From positions 64,001 to 128,000 of the IMG/VR virus record IMGVR_UViG_3300020045_008999: DNA of 64,000 bases. The stretch is one strand, 5' to 3'. The notes under the pieces were generated by a model, which worked only from the letters and a program-made list of their open reading frames with translations, was not told the origin of the DNA and did not search any database. Both the position numbers and the translations under genes were made by a program. Numbering within the stretch: the first letter of the stretch is position 1; each line of letters opens with the position of its first letter. Of this stretch, positions 39,718 to 49,192 are shown piece by piece. Source of the DNA: a virus. Its lineage: Duplodnaviria; Heunggongvirae; Uroviricota; Caudoviricetes.

Positions 39718-39809
39718 ATAACTATATATTATTTAATATGTATAGGTTTATTGTGTTAATAATAAGTGGTTATAACGAATTGTTATGGTACCTATTTCTG
39801 AAATGTTTT

Positions 39810-40412
39810 TCACAGAAGACCATCTTCTATTTCCAACATCAGTATAATAAAGTTTTCGATATTTAGACTTAGGTCATCATTCCAGATTTCGAAATGCCTC
39901 TGATACTTCAAAATCAGTTGGATATGATTGAGATTATTATGCAATGGTCTAGGTAATAATTGATACTCCGGTAGATAATCCCCAATCAATTCAATATCAA
40001 TGTCCCCGGAATAGGTGTTGTTTAATTTATTATCCTGGCTGCATAAATCACCACCAATGGTATGAGGGGCCCCTTCTAATGTAGATAATTGGTTATCATA
40101 ACATACAAAACTCCCACCCACACTTTTTGGACCACCTACCAATGAAGTTAAATCATTCGATGAACAATCGAAGTGACTACCCACCGTAGACGGCGCGCCC
40201 TCTAATGAAGTTATTTTATTGTCACTGCACGAAAAATAACCGGTCACTGTAGCAAACTTTAGTGGGATTCTCTCTAAGTGCCGGTGCCGTAAATCTACAT
40301 CACCATTAACATCAATCGATCCGTCCGAATTAATGCAATAGTTTTCAATTTCGAAGATCGAGCATAATGAATTTATGCTATGAGTATATTTAAAAATACG
40401 TTTGTGTAACAT
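39810..40412 (-). CDS. LRR-like repeat family protein (divergent N terminus)
   Basis: Repeats and C-cap intact; first residues do not follow the MKNLISKEEK pattern. Confidence 0.85.
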   Translation of the reverse strand: MLHKRIFKYTHSINSLCSIFEIENYCINSDGSIDVNGDVDLRHRHLERIPLKFATVTGYFSCSDNKITSLEGAPSTVGSHFDCSSNDLTSLVGGPKSVGGSFVCYDNQLSTLEGAPHTIGGDLCSQDNKLNNTYSGDIDIELIGDYLPEYQLLPRPLHNNLNHIQLILKYQRHFEIWNDDLSLNIENFIILMLEIEDGLL

Positions 40413-40488
40413 CTTTATTATTTATATATTTGTATTCCATTACAAATATAATCATTATATAGTAATTAAACATTATATTAATAATATT

Positions 40489-40929
40489 ATGACAGATATA
40501 TGCCCGGTACTTAGATCTACACAAATCCAAATGATATTAGGTGGGTCGAATCCATTAATTGATTGGTTTCGGTCTTTTTTAAGTAAATTATATGTAATCG
40601 AAATCGATACATACCACACACAAGGTGGTGAGTATATATTTTATATATTAACCACTGAGGGACATAAACAATGGGTATTTTTATATGATAAGTATGCTAA
40701 TGAATTTTGGTTTAACTATGTATTTTTTGAACCAATTTTATCATTGTATAACGTAAAAAATAATTCATACAACATGGCCATAAAACTTATGGTAGATGAT
40801 TGGTTTAAGGACTCTGAAAGGAATTTACCATTTCCGGAAGATGCCTATGGATTTAATATGATAGAAAATGTACTGTTGTATAATACTATAGACGGAATTC
40901 CAGCAAAAGATATGATAATTTTAATATAA
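40489..40929 (+). CDS. N-terminal RxxxIDLxL family protein
   Basis: ATG 40489; LRSTQIQMILG..YH..GGEYIFY..WVFLYD..FWFNY. Confidence 0.75.
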   Translation: MTDICPVLRSTQIQMILGGSNPLIDWFRSFLSKLYVIEIDTYHTQGGEYIFYILTTEGHKQWVFLYDKYANEFWFNYVFFEPILSLYNVKNNSYNMAIKLMVDDWFKDSERNLPFPEDAYGFNMIENVLLYNTIDGIPAKDMIILI

Positions 40930-40943
40930 ATAATACGAATTGG

Positions 40944-41330
40944 ATGGTATCAGTACTAGGGAGAACACTAAAAATTGATTTATTATTAGACAATCCAAAT
41001 GAAATTTCAACATACTTTAATAACATTTGCAAGAATATAATTATTGAAAATACAAATGCATATCATTCAAACGGTGGCGAATATATTTATTACATCAGAA
41101 GAAATAATGGAACTATAAGAATACTATTTTATCATGATGTTTTTCGCGGACTTTTTCGATGCAGCTATTCTTTAATTTGGATACGTATTAAGAAAAATTT
41201 TGATATAAATCGCGATAGTGAGGTCCAACAAATCATCAAAATTTTATTCGAAAATAAATATAACACAATCATACCAACACCACTATACATATTTAAATTC
41301 ATCCCGCTTTATTTACCACACAAATATTAA
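40944..41330 (+). CDS. N-terminal RxxxIDLxL family protein
   Basis: GRTLKIDLLLD..YHSNGGEYIYY..LFYHD. Confidence 0.75.
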   Translation: MVSVLGRTLKIDLLLDNPNEISTYFNNICKNIIIENTNAYHSNGGEYIYYIRRNNGTIRILFYHDVFRGLFRCSYSLIWIRIKKNFDINRDSEVQQIIKILFENKYNTIIPTPLYIFKFIPLYLPHKY

Positions 41331-41334
41331 TTTA

Positions 41335-42249
41335 TCATTCCAGGCCATCTTTAATTTCTGATATTAACTCATTGAAATTCTCATCATTCAAAGTTAAGTC
41401 ATCATTCCAGATACTAAAATAACGTTGATATTTTACGATGGTATTTAGACAATCCTTATTATCAATAAGTGGTTGTGGTAAATTATTACCAATCGAAAAC
41501 ATATCACCATTTATTTCAATATCATCATCGCCGGAATAGGTACTTATCATATTATTATGAGAATATATTAAATCACCTTCGACAATTTTAGGGGCACCCT
41601 CTAATGTTGATAATTTATTATTGTTACAATAAAAGGTACCATTGACTGCATTAGGACTACCGGTCAACGAAGTCAAACCATTATCACTACAATTATATCG
41701 ACCACCTACCGTTGATGGACCACCAACCAGATTATCCAAATTGTTTAAATTACATTCGAAATCCGCAGTAACTTTATCTGGCGAGTACTTTAACGAAACT
41801 AGATTATTGTCATTGCATAAATAGTATCTAATTGTGCTACTAGGACCACCTTTCAATGATGATAGTCTGTTATTAGAACAATTAAATGATAATCTTATAG
41901 TATGTGGAGAGCCGTACAATGATCTTAATTCATTGAGTTGGCACCAATAATTCCCATCCACACTATTAGGACCGTCCTCTAATGAAGTTAATTTGTTGTT
42001 ACCACAATAAAACCCATTTGCGTGTCTTGGAGAACCATTCAATGTAGTTAATCGGTTTGCATTACAGTAAAAATCACCACTTATAACACCAAATTTGATT
42101 GGCAATTCTGTTAAATCTCGATGCCGTAGATCGACATCACCATCAACGTCAACCGAGCCATCATAATCTATAATATAATTCTTTATATTGTATTGTATGC
42201 ATAGGGAATCAATCCGGTCCTTTTCCTGTTTACTTATTAAATTCTTCAT
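41335..42249 (-). CDS. LRR-like repeat family protein
   Basis: 304 aa; N-cap, long repeat array, C-cap. Confidence 0.9.
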   Translation of the reverse strand: MKNLISKQEKDRIDSLCIQYNIKNYIIDYDGSVDVDGDVDLRHRDLTELPIKFGVISGDFYCNANRLTTLNGSPRHANGFYCGNNKLTSLEDGPNSVDGNYWCQLNELRSLYGSPHTIRLSFNCSNNRLSSLKGGPSSTIRYYLCNDNNLVSLKYSPDKVTADFECNLNNLDNLVGGPSTVGGRYNCSDNGLTSLTGSPNAVNGTFYCNNNKLSTLEGAPKIVEGDLIYSHNNMISTYSGDDDIEINGDMFSIGNNLPQPLIDNKDCLNTIVKYQRYFSIWNDDLTLNDENFNELISEIKDGLE

Positions 42250-42268
42250 GGGAGCAACGTGTTTGGTC

Positions 42269-42284
42269 TATATATATATATATA
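42269..42284 (-). promoter_or_regulatory. (TA)8 tract at the TATATA-type motif of an LRR gene
   Basis: Expanded TA dinucleotide run where other copies have TATATA. Confidence 0.45.
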
Positions 42285-42327
42285 AAAATATGTTACAGTG
42301 TGTTTATCATTTAAATAAATACTATAT

Positions 42328-42714
42328 TTGCATGTAAATATAATCAAAATGGATCTTCAAAGTATAATTCGCAAAATAGAAATAGATTCAGTATTAGGAT
42401 TGTCTAATTCTACTATTGAGCATTTCAATAAAATCTGGTCAACTTTACCAGCTACTGACATCATTAATATATACCGTGATGATATTTATAAACCAGAATT
42501 TTTATATTTCGGTATAAATGAATTTAATAACAGTATAAACAGTATTAGTTTTTGGAGACCTTGTAGAGATGAGGATAGTATAATCCATTTTGACTCAGGC
42601 ACATATGTAGAATCATTGGAATATACATTCAATATTGATATACCGGACGGGCATATGTTAGCGGAATACCTACTGGATATTAAATTAAATGAAGTTATGA
42701 ATAATACGAAATGA
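42328..42714 (+). CDS. N-terminal RxxxIDLxL family protein (divergent)
   Basis: IRKIEIDSVLG..FNKIW; promoter box 42323-42330. Confidence 0.65.
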   Translation: MHVNIIKMDLQSIIRKIEIDSVLGLSNSTIEHFNKIWSTLPATDIINIYRDDIYKPEFLYFGINEFNNSINSISFWRPCRDEDSIIHFDSGTYVESLEYTFNIDIPDGHMLAEYLLDIKLNEVMNNTK

Positions 42715-42726
42715 TGTTCACATTTT

Positions 42727-43086
42727 TTACACCATAGTCAAGTGTGCAATTAGATCTTCATACCACCCATTATATTCATCACTCAAAACTTCATTCTCAT
42801 CATAAGTATCTTCCATCAAAACGCAGTCAAAAGTATCTGATAGTTCATCATTCCACAAAGTAGTGGTACATTTATCGATTTTTGATAATATTGCTATAAC
42901 ATTCGTATCATCTTTATACTGTTCTGCCAACTTATCCACCCAACCATTATCACATCGGGCACATGAAAAACTATTGTCCATATTGTTACCAAACCACCCA
43001 TTGTCGAATGATTTTTGAAGTAATGCAATCACATCATCACCCACATTACTTTCAAAGAAAGCATCAAATCGTTTAATTTTATCCAT
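42727..43086 (-). CDS. acidic protein with capsid-targeting-like N terminus
   Basis: Starts MDKIKRFDAFFES; TTTTATATATAG at 43104-43115 (-). Confidence 0.7.
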   Translation of the reverse strand: MDKIKRFDAFFESNVGDDVIALLQKSFDNGWFGNNMDNSFSCARCDNGWVDKLAEQYKDDTNVIAILSKIDKCTTTLWNDELSDTFDCVLMEDTYDENEVLSDEYNGWYEDLIAHLTMV

Positions 43087-43364
43087 AATGAAATATTTTT
43101 ATACTATATATAAAAATAAAATAGTTCAAATACAACAAAAAGACTGGGTGTTTGAAATATAACACATTAAATATTTTTGAATTTGCCTAACCGGGATTAT
43201 TATCAATAATTACTTTTTTAAATGTTCACTTTTTTAATTTAATATTAGGAAATGAACATTATTTATATTACATTTGTTCTATCAATATCACAACACAGAC
43301 TAAGAATTTGCTTACGTCATAAAACGATCAATAATATTTAAATATTAATAAACACATAGAAACC

Positions 43365-43736
43365 ATGGCATATATTACACCAGAAACAGTAAAGGGAATG
43401 AGAAACGAATTGAAAGTATTATTCCCGTCAAAAGACGGGTGGAAACTTTCGTTAACCTGTAGAAATTATTCAACGGTTTCCTGTAATATATTGGCGGCCC
43501 CGGTTGAGCTTAGAAGTGACCCAAGTAAAACAAATGAAAGTGTGAATAACTATTGGATTGAAACACATTACAAAGAAAATAAAGTGGCCAAAGATATATT
43601 GCTGAAAATTAATACAGTATTGAACCAAAATAATTACAATAACTCAGATACGATGACTGACTATTTTGATGTGGGACATTACGTAGCAATTGGAATTGGT
43701 TCCTGGGATAAACCATTCGTACTTAGTAAAAAATAA
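43365..43736 (+). CDS. hypothetical protein
   Basis: 123-aa ORF after TACATTTG box 43269-43276. Confidence 0.7.
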   Translation: MAYITPETVKGMRNELKVLFPSKDGWKLSLTCRNYSTVSCNILAAPVELRSDPSKTNESVNNYWIETHYKENKVAKDILLKINTVLNQNNYNNSDTMTDYFDVGHYVAIGIGSWDKPFVLSKK

Positions 43737-43756
43737 ATCATGTAATAAACCGAATA

Positions 43757-44095
43757 TTGATGGAAATTATTTCAAATAGCGATTCAGCAACATCTTCACC
43801 AATACCAGAATTAATAGTTATAGATTCACCACAAACTTTATTGGATTTTTTAAAGACAAAAAGATGTAGTGAATTCACTACTAAAGATATGACTATATGG
43901 TTAAAGGGCGATTTCAAGTTGTCTAAGATTAAAACTACGAAAATAATACAAGAGCTCAAAACAATGGGTGTTATTGAACGACGAAGCGTAAGTGGCAATT
44001 GTCAAAGTACCTGTGCATCATGTTATGAATATGGATGTGAAGCTGAACCAAGACCACCTATTAATTTTTGGAAGGTATTGCGTTGGTCAATTTAA
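43757..44095 (+). CDS. hypothetical protein, possible winged-helix DNA binder
   Basis: 112 aa; LKTMGVIERR end of a wHTH-like segment; directly upstream of recombinase (weak). Confidence 0.5.
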   Translation: MMEIISNSDSATSSPIPELIVIDSPQTLLDFLKTKRCSEFTTKDMTIWLKGDFKLSKIKTTKIIQELKTMGVIERRSVSGNCQSTCASCYEYGCEAEPRPPINFWKVLRWSI

Positions 44096-44697
44096 AAAGT
44101 ACTAGCTACTCATGTTGTGTAATTTTCACAAAATCGAAAAACATTATGTCCATAAAAAATAGTATTACCACATCTGACTACATCGAATACGACCTCGCTA
44201 CACAAACCGCTATCAAATTAATGAAGTCACCAAAGACCGAATTAATCGCACGGTATATTATAATTGCGATCAATACTGGATTAAGACCGATTGATATCCT
44301 AAATTTAGGCTATGGTGATCTTTCTAAGCAACAAATAGACATCAATGATCATAATGGTGTATTTAGGAAAGGTATTGCTATAAACGACGCTGTACGTGCG
44401 ATTATCCCACTTGATACTTCTCGGGGTTTGTTCACCACTCAAAAGGGTAGTACTATAACGATGCAGCACCTCAATCGACTATTAAAAGAAGCATTTAAAA
44501 ATGACGCAACCAGGATTAATGTTAGTTCGCATTCATTTCGCAAATGTTTTGGAAGACGGGTATTGTCTAATAATAACTATTCAGACATTTCTCTATCATT
44601 TCTTATGAATTTTTACAATCATTCTTCACGTAGTATAACTCGTCAATATTTGGGAATTCATAAAGAAGAATTATCGGATATGCATTTTAATATCTAA
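44068..44697 (+). CDS. tyrosine recombinase (catalytic domain only)
   Basis: INTGLRPIDIL (R), SSHSFRKCFG (HxxR), NHSS..TRQYLG (H, Y); about 200 aa. Confidence 0.85.
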   Translation: MEGIALVNLKSTSYSCCVIFTKSKNIMSIKNSITTSDYIEYDLATQTAIKLMKSPKTELIARYIIIAINTGLRPIDILNLGYGDLSKQQIDINDHNGVFRKGIAINDAVRAIIPLDTSRGLFTTQKGSTITMQHLNRLLKEAFKNDATRINVSSHSFRKCFGRRVLSNNNYSDISLSFLMNFYNHSSRSITRQYLGIHKEELSDMHFNI

Positions 44698-44948
44698 TAT
44701 GTATGTGGATAAACACCACTGTTTACATTGTCCAATGCATCTAATCTATCTTGGTGGCATGATGCTAAATAAACAGTATTATATTGGTCAATATTTGAAA
44801 ATGTACAAAATTTACCAATAGTTACTATACCTTCGTAATCACAAAAACAACACGAATCACCACAATCACATTCGGTAACATTTGAATTTTGACAAAATGG
44901 ACAGGGTTTAATTAACATGTTTTTTGTTTTACGGTTATTCCAATCCAT
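44694..44948 (-). CDS. small Cys-rich hypothetical protein
   Basis: CPFC..CDC..CCFC; likely start ATG 44918. Confidence 0.45.
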   Translation of the reverse strand: MDWNNRKTKNMLIKPCPFCQNSNVTECDCGDSCCFCDYEGIVTIGKFCTFSNIDQYNTVYLASCHQDRLDALDNVNSGVYPHTY

Positions 44949-45753
44949 CTTTAATTTCGCTTAGAAGTATATAAAAATTTTCTTCATTTAATGTAAGATT
45001 ATCATTCCAAATTTCAAAATGTCTTTGGTATTTTAAAATCAATTTAAGATGCTTAATATTATACCGCAGTGAATGTGGTAATCCAGTAAATCCATCTCTT
45101 GTAAAATCTATAAAATTACCAATATCAATATCAATATCACCACTATATGTGGATTCTAATCTAGAACAATTAGTGTGTATAAAATTACCATGAACAATTT
45201 CCGGAAACCCCACCAAGGAAGTTATATAATTGTAACAACAGTGAAAATCGCCTTTTACGATTTTTGGACCACCCAACAAAGTGGTTAATCTATTACGATC
45301 AACTGTTACACTCCCACCAATTGTCTCACTGATTCCATCCAAGTTAGTTATTGGTGTGAACGAACAATAGAACCCGGAACGAACGGTCTTCGGGGACCCC
45401 TTTAATGTAGTTAGGTTTATATTATTAGTACAGAAAAAGCTACCACCTACGAAGTCCGGTGCACCCTCCAGTGTTATTAACAAGTTATGGGTACAGTCGA
45501 AGTCACCTAATACTACAATCGGTCCACCTTTTAATGTGGTTAGCATGCTGGATTGACAATCGAAATCACCATGTATTTTATTAAATCTGAGTGGGAGTGT
45601 GTCTAAATAATGACCCCTTAGTTTTACATCACCATACACATCAATGGACCCATCGATATTAATTACATAGTCTTGAATGTGAAATTGCGAACATAACTTA
45701 GATATTTCAATATGCGACACTAGTTGAGCGGCTGGATTCGAATATTTCTCCAT
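44935..45753 (-). CDS. LRR-like repeat family protein
   Basis: Repeats and LKYQRHFEIWN..EIKDGLE C-cap; extended N terminus. Confidence 0.9.
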   Translation of the reverse strand: MEKYSNPAAQLVSHIEISKLCSQFHIQDYVINIDGSIDVYGDVKLRGHYLDTLPLRFNKIHGDFDCQSSMLTTLKGGPIVVLGDFDCTHNLLITLEGAPDFVGGSFFCTNNINLTTLKGSPKTVRSGFYCSFTPITNLDGISETIGGSVTVDRNRLTTLLGGPKIVKGDFHCCYNYITSLVGFPEIVHGNFIHTNCSRLESTYSGDIDIDIGNFIDFTRDGFTGLPHSLRYNIKHLKLILKYQRHFEIWNDNLTLNEENFYILLSEIKDGLE

Positions 45754-45775
45754 GAGTGCATTGGTTATTAATAAG

Positions 45776-45792
45776 CAAATGTAGTATATTTG
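45776..45792. promoter_or_regulatory. back-to-back TAnnTTTG boxes (near palindrome)
   Basis: CAAATGTA-G-TATATTTG between divergent genes. Confidence 0.55.
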
Positions 45793-45815
45793 TATAACTA
45801 ATCAAAAAATAAATA

Positions 45816-46253
45816 ATGAATAAATTCAATTCACGGGAAAATATTACTAAAAGGAATATTGGTATTGACTTATTATTAGGTCGAAAGAATCAATATGTTC
45901 AGAAATTTAATAAAATATGGAATTCTTTACAAGTTTTAGAAACCAATGTGTATCACAAATCTTTTAGTGGTGAGCTTATTTATTATCATGTAAATTCCCC
46001 AACCAATAGGGAATGGGTATTTTATCACGACACTAGACATGATGTATTATGGTACAGTCCTGAACGATACAATATATATTTTGAAACTGATTTTAATAAT
46101 CTTGAAATACGTGCTATTACAAAAACTATACTAGAATCTATATTTCCACTTTTCACCTCAGTACTGCTGCGTGCAGATCGTAGGACTAGTAATTTAGTAA
46201 CACATACGTTGGATAATAGAATAGATTCGTTGTTATACGGTACGGTTTATTAA
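45816..46253 (+). CDS. N-terminal RxxxIDLxL family protein
   Basis: KRNIGIDLLLG..FNKIW..VYH..GELIYY..WVFYHD. Confidence 0.75.
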   Translation: MNKFNSRENITKRNIGIDLLLGRKNQYVQKFNKIWNSLQVLETNVYHKSFSGELIYYHVNSPTNREWVFYHDTRHDVLWYSPERYNIYFETDFNNLEIRAITKTILESIFPLFTSVLLRADRRTSNLVTHTLDNRIDSLLYGTVY

Positions 46254-46304
46254 CTTTGTGGTTTTTTTTATATATAGATGAATACACAATAGATTACAAT
46301 AATT

Positions 46305-47045
46305 ATGAAGAACTTAGTTAATAAAGAGGAAAAGGATAGAATCGATTTGATATGTGGTGTATATAATATTAAAAAATATACAATAAAATCCGATGGTTAT
46401 ATAGATGTTGCTGGTGACGTCGAGTTGTTCGACAAACATTTAACACAACTTCCTCTAAAATTTGGCAAAATTCGCGGGTCTTTTAAATGTTTTGGCAATG
46501 ATTTAACCACATTACTTGGTGCACCCCACACAGTTGGTTTGCATTTCGAATGCCATGCTAATAAAATAACCTCATTAGAGGGTGGTCCATCATCGGTCGG
46601 TGGTAATTACTCATGTGGATCAAATAAATTAGATTCTTTAATTGGTGTGCCAAGTGTAGTTGGTGGCAGTTTTGACTGCAGTTATAATTCATTATCGACA
46701 TTGATTGGTGGTCCACTAGTGGTTGGTAGTAACTATTATTGTCTTAATAACAGTTTGACGTCACTAGAGGGATTGCCAACTATTCTAAATGCTAACATAA
46801 ATATGAGAACTAATCGAATCCGTACTACATATTCAGGAAATGATGATATTTTATTAAACGGTGCTGAAACAGATGTGTTTACTATAGATCCATATCATTT
46901 GCCTAAAGCAATCACGGATAACATATGGCATCTTGATAAAATTATGAAATATCAGCGATTCTTTGAAATTTGGAATGATGACCTAACATTAAGCGAAGAA
47001 AATTTTAAAGTGCTTCTAGATGAAATAAACGATGGACTAGAGTAG
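46305..47045 (+). CDS. LRR-like repeat family protein
   Basis: N-cap, repeats, C-cap; TTTTATATATAG at 46266-46277. Confidence 0.9.
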   Translation: MKNLVNKEEKDRIDLICGVYNIKKYTIKSDGYIDVAGDVELFDKHLTQLPLKFGKIRGSFKCFGNDLTTLLGAPHTVGLHFECHANKITSLEGGPSSVGGNYSCGSNKLDSLIGVPSVVGGSFDCSYNSLSTLIGGPLVVGSNYYCLNNSLTSLEGLPTILNANINMRTNRIRTTYSGNDDILLNGAETDVFTIDPYHLPKAITDNIWHLDKIMKYQRFFEIWNDDLTLSEENFKVLLDEINDGLE

Positions 47046-47054
47046 TTTTGGTGA

Positions 47055-47651
47055 TTATTCCAACCCATCATTAATCTCGTCCAATAATATTTGAAAATTA
47101 TTGACATTTAAGGTAAGATCATCATTCCAAATTTCATAAAACCGTTGGTACTTTAAAATTGGTTTAATATGATGAACATTATCAATTAATGCCCTGGGTA
47201 ATTTAGTATTTCGCCATTTAATATTTCGTTCTAATTCAATATCAATATTGCCAGAATATGTAGTTTCAAGTGGATTATTACCAATAGCTAGTACACTGAG
47301 TGTTGACGGGATACCCACTAACGATTGTATGAAGTTGTAGGTACAGTGTAACTCCCCACCAATCACATGCGCTAACCCTTCTAATGAAGTTAATTGATTA
47401 AACGAACATATGTATTTATCACCAACGATCTTTGGTCCATTGTGCAATGATGACAATTCATTGTTACTACATATAAATATACCAGAAACACTACCAAATA
47501 CCAATGGCATTTTTGTTAAATTAAAATGTCCTAAATCAACATCACCATCAACATCAACCGTACCATCTTTATTAATGGTGTAGTTATCTATCCAGTATCG
47601 TTTACATATTAAATCAATTCGATCCTTTTCTTTTTTAGTAACTAAATCCAT
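47055..47651 (-). CDS. LRR-like repeat family protein
   Basis: N-cap, repeats, C-cap; convergent with 46305..47045. Confidence 0.9.
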   Translation of the reverse strand: MDLVTKKEKDRIDLICKRYWIDNYTINKDGTVDVDGDVDLGHFNLTKMPLVFGSVSGIFICSNNELSSLHNGPKIVGDKYICSFNQLTSLEGLAHVIGGELHCTYNFIQSLVGIPSTLSVLAIGNNPLETTYSGNIDIELERNIKWRNTKLPRALIDNVHHIKPILKYQRFYEIWNDDLTLNVNNFQILLDEINDGLE

Positions 47652-47902
47652 TAATTAGATTATTAGAATATATATTATTCGCAATTCGATACCAAAAATA
47701 TGAAATTTTACTAACATATCCAAATATTTTCACCAAATACTTGATATATAATTGCATAAAAATCGTTATTATTGTCTTAGTCCGGTCACTATTGGGTGTT
47801 ATATTTTTTTGTTGTATATTTCGACAAATATGCATACATTTGTAACAAAGTTAATTATTTTTATATCATTTAATAATACACATAATCAAACATAGTTAAT
47901 AC

Positions 47903-48475
47903 ATGGTTAATGCACTTAGTAAAGAAGAAAAGGATCAAATTGATTTTATATGTAACGAATATGGGATTAAAAAATATTCAATCAATTCAAATGGGTCGAT
48001 TGATGTCAATGGTGATGTATATTTATCATATAGAAGAATTACTAAATTACCACTGAGATTTAATAATGTAGTTGGTAGTTTTTATTGTAACGAGACTAAT
48101 TTACTTAGTTTGGATGGATCACCTATTAAAGTTAGTAATGGTTTTTTTTGCTCACGTAATTTATTAACCTCATTGGTGGGTGGACCAGCTGATGTTGGTG
48201 GAAATTACGATTGTTCATATAATAAACTAACGTCATTGATGGGTGCTCCGGTTAGTGTCTTCGGTGACTTCTTTTGTACTGTTAATGATTTGACTTCATT
48301 AGAGGGTTCGCCTAATATGGTTGGTGGGAATTTTCACTGTGGTGGTAATAATAAATATCAATTAACATCATTAATGGGAATATCGGAAACTATCGGTGGG
48401 AATTTTTATCCCCATAATGACAATTTAATAAAAATTTATGATCGTATTGAGTCAATCAAAAAACTGTTAAATTAA
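47903..48475 (+). CDS. LRR-like repeat family protein lacking the standard C-cap
   Basis: N-cap and repeats present; ends YDRIESIKKLLN instead of the YQRHF..DGL cap. Confidence 0.85.
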   Translation: MVNALSKEEKDQIDFICNEYGIKKYSINSNGSIDVNGDVYLSYRRITKLPLRFNNVVGSFYCNETNLLSLDGSPIKVSNGFFCSRNLLTSLVGGPADVGGNYDCSYNKLTSLMGAPVSVFGDFFCTVNDLTSLEGSPNMVGGNFHCGGNNKYQLTSLMGISETIGGNFYPHNDNLIKIYDRIESIKKLLN

Positions 48476-48478
48476 CAA

Positions 48479-48997
48479 ATGTCACCCAACGAAATTGAAA
48501 TATTGTGCAAGAAATATAAAATTGAAAACTATTCAATTAATTCAAATGGGTCGATTGATGTGGATGGTGATGTAATATTAATATACATAGACTTAACTGA
48601 ATTACCATTAGTATTCAATAATGTTACTGGTTACTTTTGTTGCAATATCAATAAATTAACTACATTAGTGGGTGGACCATCATCGGTAGGTGGTACTTAT
48701 ACATGTAGTTCAAATAAATTAGAATCATTACTAGGTGCACCAAGTGTAGTTGGTGGAAATTTTGATTGCAGCTATAATTCCTTAATATCAACATATTCTG
48801 GTCTTACTGACATTGAAGTAGGTGGAGATGTTTATTTCATGGACTGTGAATTACCTGAATTGATTGAGAACAATTACATAAACATTAAATTGATTTTAAA
48901 ATATCAGAGGCACTTCGAAATTTGGAATGATGATTTATCATTAAATGTAGAAAATTACCAAATATTACTGGATGAAATTAATGATGGTTTGGAATAA
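48479..48997 (+). CDS. LRR-like repeat family protein
   Basis: Short N-cap, repeats, C-cap. Confidence 0.9.
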   Translation: MSPNEIEILCKKYKIENYSINSNGSIDVDGDVILIYIDLTELPLVFNNVTGYFCCNINKLTTLVGGPSSVGGTYTCSSNKLESLLGAPSVVGGNFDCSYNSLISTYSGLTDIEVGGDVYFMDCELPELIENNYINIKLILKYQRHFEIWNDDLSLNVENYQILLDEINDGLE

Positions 48998-49192
48998 TAT
49001 ATTGGGTGTTTAGATTTTATATATAATGAAATTGAAATAGTATGGTAAATTCAATAACTAACAGGTTGAAACGTACAAGATCGATTCATTAGGGAATAAA
49101 TAGGGAATACTGGCTTATCATTAAATGTGGAAAAAAACAATGGATTAATTTTTGAAATCGAAAATTGGTTGTATTGAAAATAAAAATGTATT

